A stretch of DNA of 63,468 nucleotides, filler included, from Basidioascus undulatus (lineage: Eukaryota), in assembly GCA_000826855.1 (NCBI GenBank). It is 9 parts of 9 records of this genome, joined end to end, with 100 filler letters (N's around TTAATTAATTAA, not from the genome) between each part and the next. Parts side by side here need not be neighbours in the genome. Positions count along the whole stretch, not along the records: positions 35,544 to 58,485 come from JTLS01000279.1; positions 58,586 to 60,979 come from JTLS01002789.1; positions 61,080 to 63,468 come from JTLS01002790.1; 6 more parts are not named here. One strand, given 5' to 3'. Every line of letters begins with the position of its first letter. Position 1 is the first letter of the stretch. The translations under genes were made by a program, and so were the position numbers. This document shows, in pieces, positions 49,701 through 63,468 of the stretch. The notes under the pieces were generated by a model, which was given only the letters and a program-made list of their open reading frames with translations, was not told the origin of the DNA and did not search any database.

Positions 49701-50755
49701 CCTCATGGGGTCGCGTCGGCGATGCCGATCAACACATATTTAGGAATTCTTCGTTGCTGAGAGATTGAGCTCGCGCGCTTGCTTTGCGGAGGACTGGGAG
49801 GGAGAGAGGGGTTTGGACATGGTCTGGGTTGTTCAGATAGGCGAGCAGGAGCGCTGATCCTACCTCTTCGTCCCTTCGTCCTCGTATAGATCTTCCTACG
49901 CTCTCGCTCGGGTTGCTGGGCTTGATGTACTTGAGGGTTTTGATACATGCGCCTTTCGAGATTATTACGATGACAATCAGCTTGTGTGCATATCATCTTG
50001 GCGGTCGAGCCTCCATCACCGTCGCTCGGTGGATAAATGTGTCTGAACTACGGCGTCAGGAGTACCAATCGGTCCAATCGGTGTCCTTCCTATGGGACGT
50101 CAATATTGATATTGATTCTGATCCCTGGTCTGTTTCGACCGTTGAAACTCGTTCCATGTTGGAAATGATGTCCTGCCGACGGCTAGTGCCACGCATCGTG
50201 CTGGACATCAAGCAGGTCGTGCGGCGTGTCACTTCATGGCGAGATCGGCTGTTGCTAGCAGATACGAATACTGAGCTGTCGTTCGTTCTATTCAATGAGA
50301 ATGCTGAAGCTGAGATCGTTGCAGCGTTACTTTCATGGCCCGGTCGTGCGCTGGTCGGCAGCGTGGAAGCGCAGTCTGCCGTGCTGTAAGACCCCAACCA
50401 CGCATGGCTCTCTTTGAACGTGCTAAACCATCCGCGGCCTGATGTGGGCACAAAATAGTATGAATAACGTGGAAACCAAATCACTCTGGTGCTTTGTTGA
50501 AGGCGAACAGTCCGAAGTCCATCCTCACATTTGATCCCGGTTCGCCGGCGGATTTCCCCACCCGCTGTTTGGCGCGCTCGTGCCTCGCCCAGCGCGTGGC
50601 CTCAACCTCAACTCGCCCTTCCACCGCCACCACCGCACCCTAGCCTTCGCTCGACCCCCGCCGTCGTACCCGCATTCTTCACTGCCGTTTTCTTTAGCTC
50701 CTTACCACCCGACTCGTCGACGGCACCGTCGTCGGCCGCCTTTGGAACGCCCACG

Positions 50756-53813
<3,058 letters not shown>

Positions 53814-54232
53814 GCGAAGGAGCAGGCGGTCTATGGAGGGAACCGCACCGTACAAATGGACCTTGCCCTTCTGTTTTTCTCCTCCTCTTTTGGGGTCGCA
53901 CCGATATCAACATTGCGCATATTCTTCCGCGACTATCGCCATGCTCCTCCCGCTATGGCCCCTTTCCCCGTCTTTCCAACCATCCTTACTGTGCAATGAC
54001 TTTGGTCACGTTCGCGTTGTGTTCGTTACCTATAGTTTCCAATTCTGTTTTCCTCGATTTCATAATGACTTTGACGACGACTACAATCAAAATACACCAT
54101 GCCCCTCTCGATTCATTTGCATCTGCAGAGTGTGCAACGCCGTTCGGCACACGTCGCTGTTCGTCAACCAGTCAATGAAACAACACGCAGGGTCACACGA
54201 TGCCGAGCAGTGATTCTATCCAGCACGTCGCA

Positions 54233-56690
54233 TCAACCTTGCGCCTGCCCGACAGACCCAGTCGACGCCTCGTCTTTAGGCTGTTGCTGCTGCTGCGTCT
54301 GCGGCTTTTCCTCCGTCGGCGTCGGTGCCGGCGCGTCCCTCGTCGTGCGCGCGCGTTTGCCCTGCGGCTGCTGCCCCAGCCCGTCGTCGGCGTCGGCGCT
54401 CCGCTCGGACATCTTCTGCTTCTGCCGCTGCGCAGCGGCAGCTTCCTTCTTACCCTGCTTCTTCTCCGCCTTCTTGCTCGCCTTCTTCGACTGCTGCTGC
54501 TGGCGCTCCGCCTCCGCACCGGGGAGCGCGTCCTCGATTGCGACGGCGTCCGCGTCTGCCTCGGCCTCGGGGTCCTCGGCGAAGAGCAGGCTCAAAGCGT
54601 CCACGTAGTGCGCCTGTTCCCACAAGTCTCCCACCCGTGAGGTGAAGAGGTCGAACGCGTGCGCGATGATCGGCACGGAGACGGGGGCGGCGGCGGCGGA
54701 GGGGTCTGAGGGGCCGGAAGAGGTGGGGGCGGGAGGGGAGATGCGCGGGAACTTGGGGTACCGCTGCGAGAAGTGCGTGAGGAGGAGGTGAGAGGCTTGC
54801 ATCCTGTGCAGTCCCCCATCGATGTCAATGCCAGGAGGAGGGAATGTCAGGAGGAGGGAAGGAGAAGTTAAGGGGAGGAAACAAAAGGGAGGGAATGGAC
54901 GCACCGAGTCCCAATGTCGATCGCCTGCCCGATCGTGCTGTGCCCCTTTGCAGCCGCCATCTCCTCCATCCCGTCCTCCATCGTCGCCTCGTGCACGAGG
55001 AGCGTCGCCCCGCGCCCAGCGTCGACCAGGTTCTGGCACGGCACCGTGTCGCCCGAGTAGCTGCCCAGATCCCTCTTAGTTTTCTGTTCGCGGGCCTGAC
55101 AGCGAGAAGAAGAGAGAGGAAAACAGGGAAGAAGGACGGAGAAGAGGAAGAACGGGAAGAGGGGAGAAGACGTACACGATCTTTCCCCCGTCCTCGGGCT
55201 CCAGGACGAGCCCGAACGTCTTGGCGCGGTGCTGGACAAGCGCGGTCCGACAGCTCTTGAGCTTGAGCGCCTCCAGCAATCCAGGGAGGTGGCGCTGGGC
55301 CCTGCGGTCATCCCCCATCCCACAGGATCAGACGCGCTCTCCTACACCGAAGAAAGGGGCGAACGCACTCATCAACATAAGCCCTCTTCCACCCCGGCAT
55401 ACCCCGATCCCACCCGCCCAAGTTGACCCGCCACTCGAGCCCCTCGACGTCGATGAGGAGGACGCGCCCGTCCGCGATGCCCAAAGGCTCGAGCTCGTCC
55501 TGCTCGAGCAGGTACGTCCGCACGAGCTGGTTCGCGATCAGGTAGAGCGGCTCCGCATCCGCGATCTGCGGGCGAGGGGCGAGTGGGGTCAGTCATTGTG
55601 TGAGAAAGACGAAGTCGGGCGCGGGAGAAGAGGAAGGGGAATGGGAAGGGAAGGGGAGTGGAAGGAGAAGGGGGGACCCACAGTCGCCCGGTGCTTCAAC
55701 AGCTTCGCCACCCCAATATGGTGGTCGGCGTGCACGTGGCTCACATAAACGAGCCTCGTCTTCCGCAAAACATCCCACGCATCCTCCATCTCCACCTCTT
55801 GCTCTCCCTCCTTAGCGGGGAAGGGCGAGCGGACGGGCCCCGTCCCGCGCACGCGCTCGCCGAACCGACGCGCGAGCTGGCCCCACGTCCCCTCGCCTGC
55901 GTCGAGGAGGACGTTGGTGCGCGAGAGGGGGAGCTGGAGGAGGGTGCCGGACACTGGGTACCGCCCGATGTGTGAGTAAGTTAGAAGAGAGGGAAGCGGG
56001 AAGCGCGGAGGAGGACGAACCGTTCCGGTACTTGGAGGGGAGTGCACTCCCCGTGCCCAGCGCAGTAACTACCACATCGTCCCCCGGCCCCTTCTCGCTC
56101 TCCTTCCTCGCCTCGCGCTCCTCGGCAACGCGTGCCTTAGCCTCCCCCGCAAGCCTCTGGAACTCCTCCCACACTCCTTCCCTCAGCCCCACGCGCACAT
56201 CCATCTGCCCCTCCTTCTCCCCCTCCGCCGCAGTGGGTGCGCCAGGGGGCGTCATCTCCAGCACGTGCGAGGGGTGCGCGAGCTGTGCTTTCTCGGGAAG
56301 GGACGGGGGGAGCGGGGCGGTAGGGGAGGAAGAAGCCAGGGGGAGGGAGAAGGTTGAGGAGAGGTGCGAGGAGCGGAGGAGGGAGAGGTAGGAGGAGGGG
56401 AAGGAGATTAGGTTGGGGGAGTGCGTGGGGGTGGCGAGGAGGTGCTGCGGTCCCCGGCGCGTGCAGTCAGTACCAGAAGGGAAAAGGGAAGAGGGAAGAG
56501 GAAGGAGGAGGGAGAAGGGAGGAGGGATGGTACGCACGTGTGTGCCAGCGTCCCACGCCGAGTTGAGCCACTCGACGTAAGCCGTGTCTTCGAGCACCCC
56601 CGGCCCTAGGTTGTGCACGACGAGGTGTGCGCGGTCGCGGTAGGCGGGCCAGAGCGGCGAGGAGAGGAGGGATGGGATGTGTGCGGGAGC
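54233..56690 (-). CDS. TRZ1: tRNase Z long form, C-terminal half only (no start codon or N-terminal half)
   Basis: [57 protein letters not shown]. Similarity stops upstream of PAHIPSLL at about 56690. Confidence 0.85.
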
Positions 56691-58088
56691 AGCGGCGAGC
56701 CCGTGGGGGAGGGGGAGTGTGTGTGCCGGTGCGAGGACTGCGCGTGCGGGAGGGAGACAGAAGAGAGGTGGCTACGCGTGCTGTGCGAGGGGTGAAATCT
56801 TGAGGTTCCGAAACGGGAGGCGATCGAGGAGCGCGCGGCGGACCAGTGCGACGGCCGGAGAAGGTCAAGGCCCCAGTCGTTCTGGACGTCCCACCAGAAC
56901 GAGTAGAGTGAGTTGACGAGGACGGAGAGGACCCTTCCCGAATCCCAGCAAACGTGTCAGCTAGGAGCAGAAGGAAGGAGGGAAGGAGAAGAAGAAGAGG
57001 GAAGGGGAACGCGCACCACAGCCCGAAGAGCGACTGGTCCGAGATCCAGGCGTTCGAGTACGCGGACGGGTTGTCGTGTGCCGTCTTGTGCAGCGCCGAG
57101 AGCGCGATGACGGGGAAGGCGGTTGCGTACTTGAGCGCGTTGGCGAGCGAGCGCGTCGCGGTGTAGGAGGAGGCGATGTATTCTACGAAACACTGGCGAA
57201 GTCGGAGGAAGTAGGGCAAGCTGAGGGGCGAACATCGGTCAGCCATCACTCAGGATTTTGATATAGTGCGGATAGGTAAAGACGTGATGCGGAAAGGTAG
57301 GGGCGGTTGACATGGTGTGAAAGTGCGGCTCACCACGTGATGAGCGGCACTGCCCAGTCGCCTGTGCCCTCGCCGAGGACGGGCGAGAGGAGGCTTGCGG
57401 AGGGGGCGAGGATCTGGCACGCGGAGACGTAGACGTCGCCAAGGACTTTGGCGAAGGAGGTGAGGACGTCCGCGAGGAGGACATCTGCGAAGTAGACGGG
57501 CTGGGAGAGCGGGGAGAAGGCGATGCGGCGGAGGGACCTGGGCGGGGAGGGGTGGGTGTCAAGGGTGGGTCGGCATGAAAAGAGCGGATTGTGGGAAGTT
57601 GTGGGAATGCGGGGAGGACGCACCTCATGAACAGCATCCTCTCCCTCCTGCACAGGACGTTGAAAGGGCAGACTGCGCCGACGATAACGCCCAGGGCGGT
57701 GAGGCCGGGGAGCCACGCGCACGCGTCCATGGCATCTGGGTTCCCGCCCGTCACGGCCCTAAACAGCCACCACCCCGCTATAACCCACGCTGAATAAACC
57801 GCCCACAGGCGGTACACCGGCTGGTGCGCGGCGTGGCCGTCGAGTGCCGCAGAGGGGCTTATGGAGAGCGCGGAGAGGAGGTGGAGGTCCGTTGCATAGA
57901 GGAGTAGGCCAGCGCCTGTGTGGTGCGGGCTGCGCAAGTGAGCATTGGAGGTGAAGAAGGAAGAATGGGGGAAAGGAAGGCGGACCGATGAGGATGAGGA
58001 CACGGTAGGGGAGGGGAATGGTCGAGGACAGAGGGTCGTAGGCGTCCTGCCCGGCAAGGGCCCCGTCGAGGGACGTGTCTATGACCAT
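56606..58088 (-). CDS. ERD1: ERD1/EXS-family membrane protein, C-terminus missing
   Basis: PLPYRVL, FADVLLADVLTSFAKV, LPYFLRLRQC..EY, LANALKYATAFPVI, NSLYSFWWDV..DWGL. The frame ends at TAG 56606-56608 inside RNase Z sequence. Confidence 0.8.
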
Positions 58089-58882
58089 CTCCACCGCGCC
58101 GAGTGGGACTGGGACTGGGGTTAAATAAACAAATGCACAGAGGAAGCAAGCAAGCAAGGCTGAGTGAGGTCGAGGACGAGCAGTGCACAGCAGCAGGCCA
58201 GCGGAGGGGCAAGTCTCCCTGGCGTGAAAGTGAAGCGGATGCGGGCCTAGGGTCCGCGGACGGGGAGCCCCGACGCGCTGGGAACGCGTTGTGCCCGAGC
58301 CCACTTGAACACTGCCACGAGAACCGAACCCACACAACGACGACTTGAAACGACATATACGACATTCCAGCACGTTTGATCCTGCTTTCGACTTCACATA
58401 CCCACTCAGCCCGCTCTCCCAAGACACCTACACGCCGCCAGACCCGATCCGACCTCCGCCTAGCTTTCACCCACTTGAACCTGCANNNNNNNNNNNNNNN
58501 NNNNNNNNNNNNNNNNNNNNNNNNNNNNNTTAATTAATTAANNNNNNNNNNNNNNNNNNNNNNNNNNNNNNNNNNNNNNNNNNNNTGGGCGACCTGCCAC
58601 CGCTCCTGCACGGGGGAGATTAGGATGTAGGTGGGCATTTCTGGGGGAGGGAGGTGGCGGGGTAGGTTCGTTTGGAAAAGGAGGAGTGGGGAGGATGTGG
58701 GATGAGCGCGGACAGGAAGACGCGTCGACCGACTTTGACTTCCATTTGAGCGCGGTGTTTCCTCGTGTCAATCGTGTGGTGTCAGTGTCAAGATGCGTAC
58801 TTTCCCACGCGGACGTCTTCTCGTCCTCGATTTGGTCGGCTTGGTCGGTGTCTCCTCATTACCCATCAAACAACCCACCAAC

Positions 58883-59553
58883 ATGCCCACCTCTGCCCCC
58901 GGCCCGCTCAGTCTTCCCGAGGCCTCCTGGTACGCTTCCCGCCGCCACTCCCGCTTGCATCATCTTCACACTCATCCCATCCGCACCGCAGGCCAGCGAA
59001 GTACGACCTGTACTCCTCCACGCTCCCCTTCCTCATCAAAGAGTACCTCCCCCCTCCGACCTCCACCTCGAGCAACCCCGTCGACCGCCCCGCAGTCCAC
59101 TCCAAAATCCTCACCTTCCTCCGTAAAAACTCCAAATCCGGTCGCTTCCGTATCCCCTCCTCCGCCGAGGAGGGGTGGCTCCGCATCCCCTCCATCGCGC
59201 ACCCGCTCTCCTCCGCCCCTCTCACAGTTCAGCTCTCCGGCGCGCCCTCGGGGAGTGTCGCCTTCGGTCCGGGCGAGAGCATTTCGTCTGCTTTCGTAGG
59301 ATCGGGCGGGGGTTGGGAGGGCCGGCTGGAGGTGGATGACCCGGAGTGCAAGGGGCACGGGGTGCTCAAGCTACGGAAGGTCTGGGAGGAAGCGGAGGGG
59401 GAGAAGGTGCTGTATGAGGGGTTCTTTGCGCTTGAGGTCGTGTATGGGAAGGGGCTGAGGGGGAAGGGACTGGATGCGGGGGAGCAGTTCCAGGGCGCGT
59501 TTTGGGCGGTTAGGAGCCTGGTTCAGGACCCGGGGAGGGATGGAGAGTACTAG
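58883..59553 (+). CDS. Hypothetical protein (one intron)
   Basis: Spliced MPTSAPGPLSLPEASW|PAKYDLYS...LYEGFFALEVVYG...FWAVR; gene-like codon bias. Confidence 0.6.
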
Positions 59554-60105
59554 ATATGAGCATTGTGCTACCAATTGTGTGCGCTTGATGTGTGGGGATC
59601 TGGGGTCGTGCAGCGGAGGCTGTGATGCTGCGTGCCTACCGCGCAATTGCCCGGAGGTGAGGCCCGCCTCGGCTGGTGCACTGCTCATCTTCGTGAATGG
59701 GTTATACTTGGCTCGAAAACCTCCTTTAATCAACCTATCTCCACAGAAACCTCTCATTTTGCTTCCTGGGCTTTGCACTTTGGTACACAGACCCTGTGCA
59801 GTGTTTAACACCTGTGTAACCTCCTTGTGTCAATGAACTGTTACTCTGTCTCTATTGTCTTAATCAAACGCTTCTATCGAAAGCCTAGCTCCAAAACTAG
59901 CGCACGCCCCGGCCTCGCTGCCGCAGTTGGCCTGTTACGTGCAGTGAAACACCGGAGGTCAGCACTTTCTGATGCGCTACTGCCGTTCAGCAAGCTGAAC
60001 TGGGTGATTTATTTTTACAGAATGTACCAGTCCGTTCCTGCTCGTGTGCGAATTTCACGCCGGGGCAGGTTGTGCAGGTGAGTTGGACAGAGAAGAACTA
60101 TGATG

Positions 60106-60177
60106 TCCTCGTTGGTGTAGTGGCTAACATCGGGTGTTCTCACCGCCCAGCCCCGGGTTCGATTCCCGGACGGGGAA
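60106..60177 (+). tRNA. tRNA-Glu(CTC)
   Basis: TCCTCGT/ACGGGGA acceptor, GGGTG-TTCTCAC-CGCCC anticodon arm, GGTTCGATTCC T-arm, TTTTT terminator at about 60185. Confidence 0.93.
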
Positions 60178-60937
60178 AAAGTTCTTTTTGGTACCCATTC
60201 TCCATTTTGCTCCCACATTGCCTATCCTGCTTCATAAGGCATGTCATGCTTCATGCAAGATGTTGGGGTTTTCCCCCATGGAATGGGGAGAGGCAGCTAA
60301 GTTTGTTCAGGACTCCAGTGACGGTGTTGGGCCCCTTCTGGGAGTGGCTAGGGGTAGTGGGTTCTGGACCTAACTGCCTTCCTCTGCCACAATGTGGTTT
60401 AGAAATGTTTAGATATATGCAGGGGATTTAAACTGGCTGCAGGTGCCTTGAAATCTGGGAGGGGTGAGGTAGACTGCAGCTGACTCTGCTCTGACATTTG
60501 ACAGAGGCAGCAGAGTTAATCAGAGCCAGAAAGGAAAATGATAATGGAAATGAACTGAGGACACTTGAGTGAGTGCAAGAGGAGGGTGTGGGCATGTGAA
60601 ATAGGCAGGTGGGGGCAGTGGGTTGAGCATGACCAAACCCAGCTGCCTCATGTTATGTTCTTCTCAGCGCACAACTTTCAACCTACTATACAGGAGCTTC
60701 AAATACACTCTGAGGTGGGAGGCAGGATAGGCAGCCAGCAGACAGCTCTCCTCCATGTCCACCTCTGAGCTGGGCAATGGGCACTGGGGCATGCAGCACA
60801 CCACTTCAGGGAGAAGGTGCAGGGGACAGATGTTTGATTTAAGGTTATGACTGAAAGAGTGAAGAGCGGAAATTGAAGATGTGCAAGGGCCAGGATTGGT
60901 TGCTGTCCGAAAGTGTCAGCCTCCGCAGAGAAAAGAC

Positions 60938-60979
60938 TGTCATGAATACCCCACCCAGTCCGATTCCTGACAACTGTCA
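60938..60979 (+). mobile_element. LTR-like repeat terminus (TGTCA...), runs into the gap
   Basis: Second copy of the 28052-28116 repeat. Confidence 0.6.
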
Positions 60980-61154
60980 NNNNNNNNNNNNNNNNNNNNN
61001 NNNNNNNNNNNNNNNNNNNNNNNTTAATTAATTAANNNNNNNNNNNNNNNNNNNNNNNNNNNNNNNNNNNNNNNNNNNNGGCGGAGGAGGAGGAGGGGGA
61101 GGAGGGAGGTGAGAAGGAGGGGAGAAAGGGAGGGAAGGGGGAGGGTAGACGCAC

Positions 61155-61812
61155 CTTGACAGTGGTGGTGATTGTTCCGAAGGCGGAGAAGGTGTCGTAG
61201 AGGAGCCGTTCGTCCACGTTCGGATCGAGGTTGCCCACGAACAGATTGGCGCCCACGTCGACCTGCTTCCTGTCCGAGGAAGCCTGTGCACGCACGTACC
61301 CCACCCAACTCAGTCCCACATAGATCCTCCCCTTCTCGCGCCCGACGCACTTTGTTGACTCTGATCGGCTTCCCGTAGAGCTTGATCTGGTTCATGATTT
61401 TGCACGCGTAGTCGGCGTCCTCCTCACCCGCAAACTCGCAGAAGCCGTAGCCCTGGTGGGACATGGAAATACGGTCCTTGGGGAGGTGGACAGACACGAC
61501 GGGCCCCGCTTGGAGCATCAGCTCCCACACGAGCGCGTCGGTTACGGACTCGGGGAGGTTGCCCTGCGGAGAAAGGGAGGGTGAGCGCCGGGTGGGTGGG
61601 AGACAGGGACCGGGAGGACGGACAACATAGACTGTGGCATCCTGTGAGGGGGGGTGGGGGGTGAGTTGCTAGGGAGAGATGAGGGGGAGGATGGAAGACG
61701 GACCTGGTTCCGATCGCCTGCAGGAGGCGCGCGAGGAAGAGCGGGTCAGTCAGCCGGCTCGCCAGGGTTTCAAAGCTCGTAGACCAGACGCACCTTCTCG
61801 TGCAGCCGACAT
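61155..61812 (-). CDS. SF3B4: Splicing factor 3B subunit 4 (SAP49/Hsh49), 3' truncated
   Basis: [64 protein letters not shown]. Confidence 0.95.
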
Positions 61813-61986
61813 TTTATCTGAGCAACTCCACCAAACGACAAAAAGGACAGAAAGTAGAGGCGCAGCGAGTGGCGAGGGCAGTGAGGACGAGGTGATGAGA
61901 GCAAGAAGGAAGCTGAGCAGCAAGGCAGCGCGTGAGGAGTCGGCAGCGGTTGAGCGCCATCTAACTCGCTCTCGCTTTCAACCGCC

Positions 61987-63157
61987 ATGAGCTCCTCTCG
62001 GATCCGCCTCGTCCTCTTCGACGCGTTCGACACGCTCGTCACGCCGCGCTACCCGATCCACACCCAGTACGCGTCCGTCGCGCGCGCGCATGGGCTCGAC
62101 GTATCGGACGATGCGGTGCGGGCGGGGTTTCGAAAGGGTGAGCGAGCGATGCGCTGCTTGGCGCTGTGAGGTGATATGATGCTGAATGGGAGGGGGATGC
62201 AACGCCAGCGTTTAAGCAGACGAATGGGGAGATGAAGAACTTTGGGAAGGCGCGGGGGTGCACGCCGGACGAGTGGTGGGCGCTTGTGATTGAGCGGACG
62301 ATGCGGAATGCGGGTGCCGGAGGGGAGGGTGTGTGTGCGCGTTACCTCCCTTCTCAATCTCCTCTTTTCCGATGTGGTTGGTGATATGGCGGAATTTGTA
62401 GAACTAAGAAAGAGCCTCCCGACCCTTACGCCCACGCTCTTGCACCGCTTTGCGTCGGACGAGGGGTACACGACGTTTGAGGATACGATGCCGTGTTGTA
62501 CGGATTCTTGTTCCTCTTACTCTCCACACATCCCACACTGATATCCCCCATCCCAAAAGTAAAAGCCCTCAAAGACCTCAACGTAAAAATTGGCGTCGTA
62601 TCCAACTCAGACAGCCGGATGAGTGCGTCTTGCCTCCCCTCCTCCCCTCTCCTTCTTCCCCCGCTAATCCTTCTCCCTCACACAACACAGTATCTGTCCT
62701 CCGCTCCCTGCACATCCTCCCCTTCCTATCCTCCACCACGATCTCGTACGACTCGCCGTCGCACAAGCCCCTCCCCGAGATCTTCCACCACGCGCTCCGC
62801 AACACGCCCGTCCCTGCCGCCCTACCGATCAGGCCGGATGAGACGCTCCATGTGGGGGACGAGTTGGAAGCGTGGGTTTCTCTTCCACCCTTCCTCCCCT
62901 TCCCCTCTTCCACCTTCACCTCTTCCACTTTCCCTTTCCGCACGAGAACTGAACTGAACCGGATGTCATTTGTGGCGGTCAGCGACTACCGCGGTGCCCT
63001 CTCCGCGCGCCTCCACGCGCTGCTCCTCCGGCGGGACCTGCCCGAGTGGAGCGACGGCGCGGCGCACGCGCACGGGGAGGACCTGGCGGGCGTCGCGGTT
63101 GCGCGCGGGCTCGGGGAGGTGGTGCGGTGGGTGAGGGAAAGGAATGAGGGTGGGTAA
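61987..63157 (+). CDS. HAD-like hydrolase (HDHD3-like)
   Basis: RLVLFDAFDTL, GVVSNSDSR, KP...IF, LHVGDEL..DY.GA. Confidence 0.85.
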
Positions 63158-63468
63158 TGCGGGATGCGGGTTTGGTGTGAGAGGGATGCGCAGTGCTCGG
63201 ATTCGACATGCTGGATTATGATTCGGACTGAGGTCCGTGAGCGCAGCGTACTTTCATAGTCTGTTTAGCCTTCCAGGGCATACTCGATCGCGCACTCCGC
63301 TCATCTCTCACTTGCCATTATTCGCATGGCAGCTTTTCACGGCCGCTCACGACTGTCTGTTGGATGAAGCATCGATCGTCCGTCGACTCAAATCTGCCTG
63401 AGCGACATGTACCAATCTCGCCCGCCGCCCCGCAGTATTGGGCACCCTCCTCCTCACCTCCCCCCCCC

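Noticed and set aside
54233..56690. Genuine short-form tRNase ZS
   Set aside because: It retains long-form middle-region sequence and has no start codon or promoter of its own.

Overview
This is eukaryotic, intron-rich, GC-rich fungal DNA. It is basidiomycete-type (GTGCGT/GTCCGT/GTGAGT donors, CTGAC/CTAAC branch sites); Pucciniomycotina is my inference. The window is not one locus. It is nine unlinked contigs (about 22.9 kb, 5 x about 2.4 kb, about 22.9 kb, 2 x about 2.4 kb) joined by artificial 100-nt N44-TTAATTAATTAA-N44 linkers, and it starts with an Illumina adapter remnant. Recognisable genes: PKA-type kinase, SYF1, PAAF1/Rpn14-like WD40, secreted GH5 glucanase, ATP18, WBP4-like zinc finger, CLASP-N protein, ARO8-like aminotransferase, MmgE/PrpD, exportin-like protein, LCB3-like phosphatase, calcineurin A, RNase Z (3' half only), ERD1/EXS (5' part only), SF3B4, HDHD3-like HAD, tRNA-Val(AAC) and tRNA-Glu(CTC). 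Most notable: (i) an out-of-frame ERD1-RNase Z junction that removes half of a normally essential gene; (ii) a high load of disabled genes (Rieske oxygenase-like, CIA30-like, PhzF-like, two F-box-like paralogs, an orphan first exon); (iii) micro-exons down to 3 nt inside conserved motifs; (iv) an LTR-like repeat end with nearly CpG-free flanks, bounded on one side by a tRNA gene; (v) several uncharacterised secreted or orphan proteins. No new biological system can be established from the sequence alone. Family assignments come from motif recognition, not database searches.
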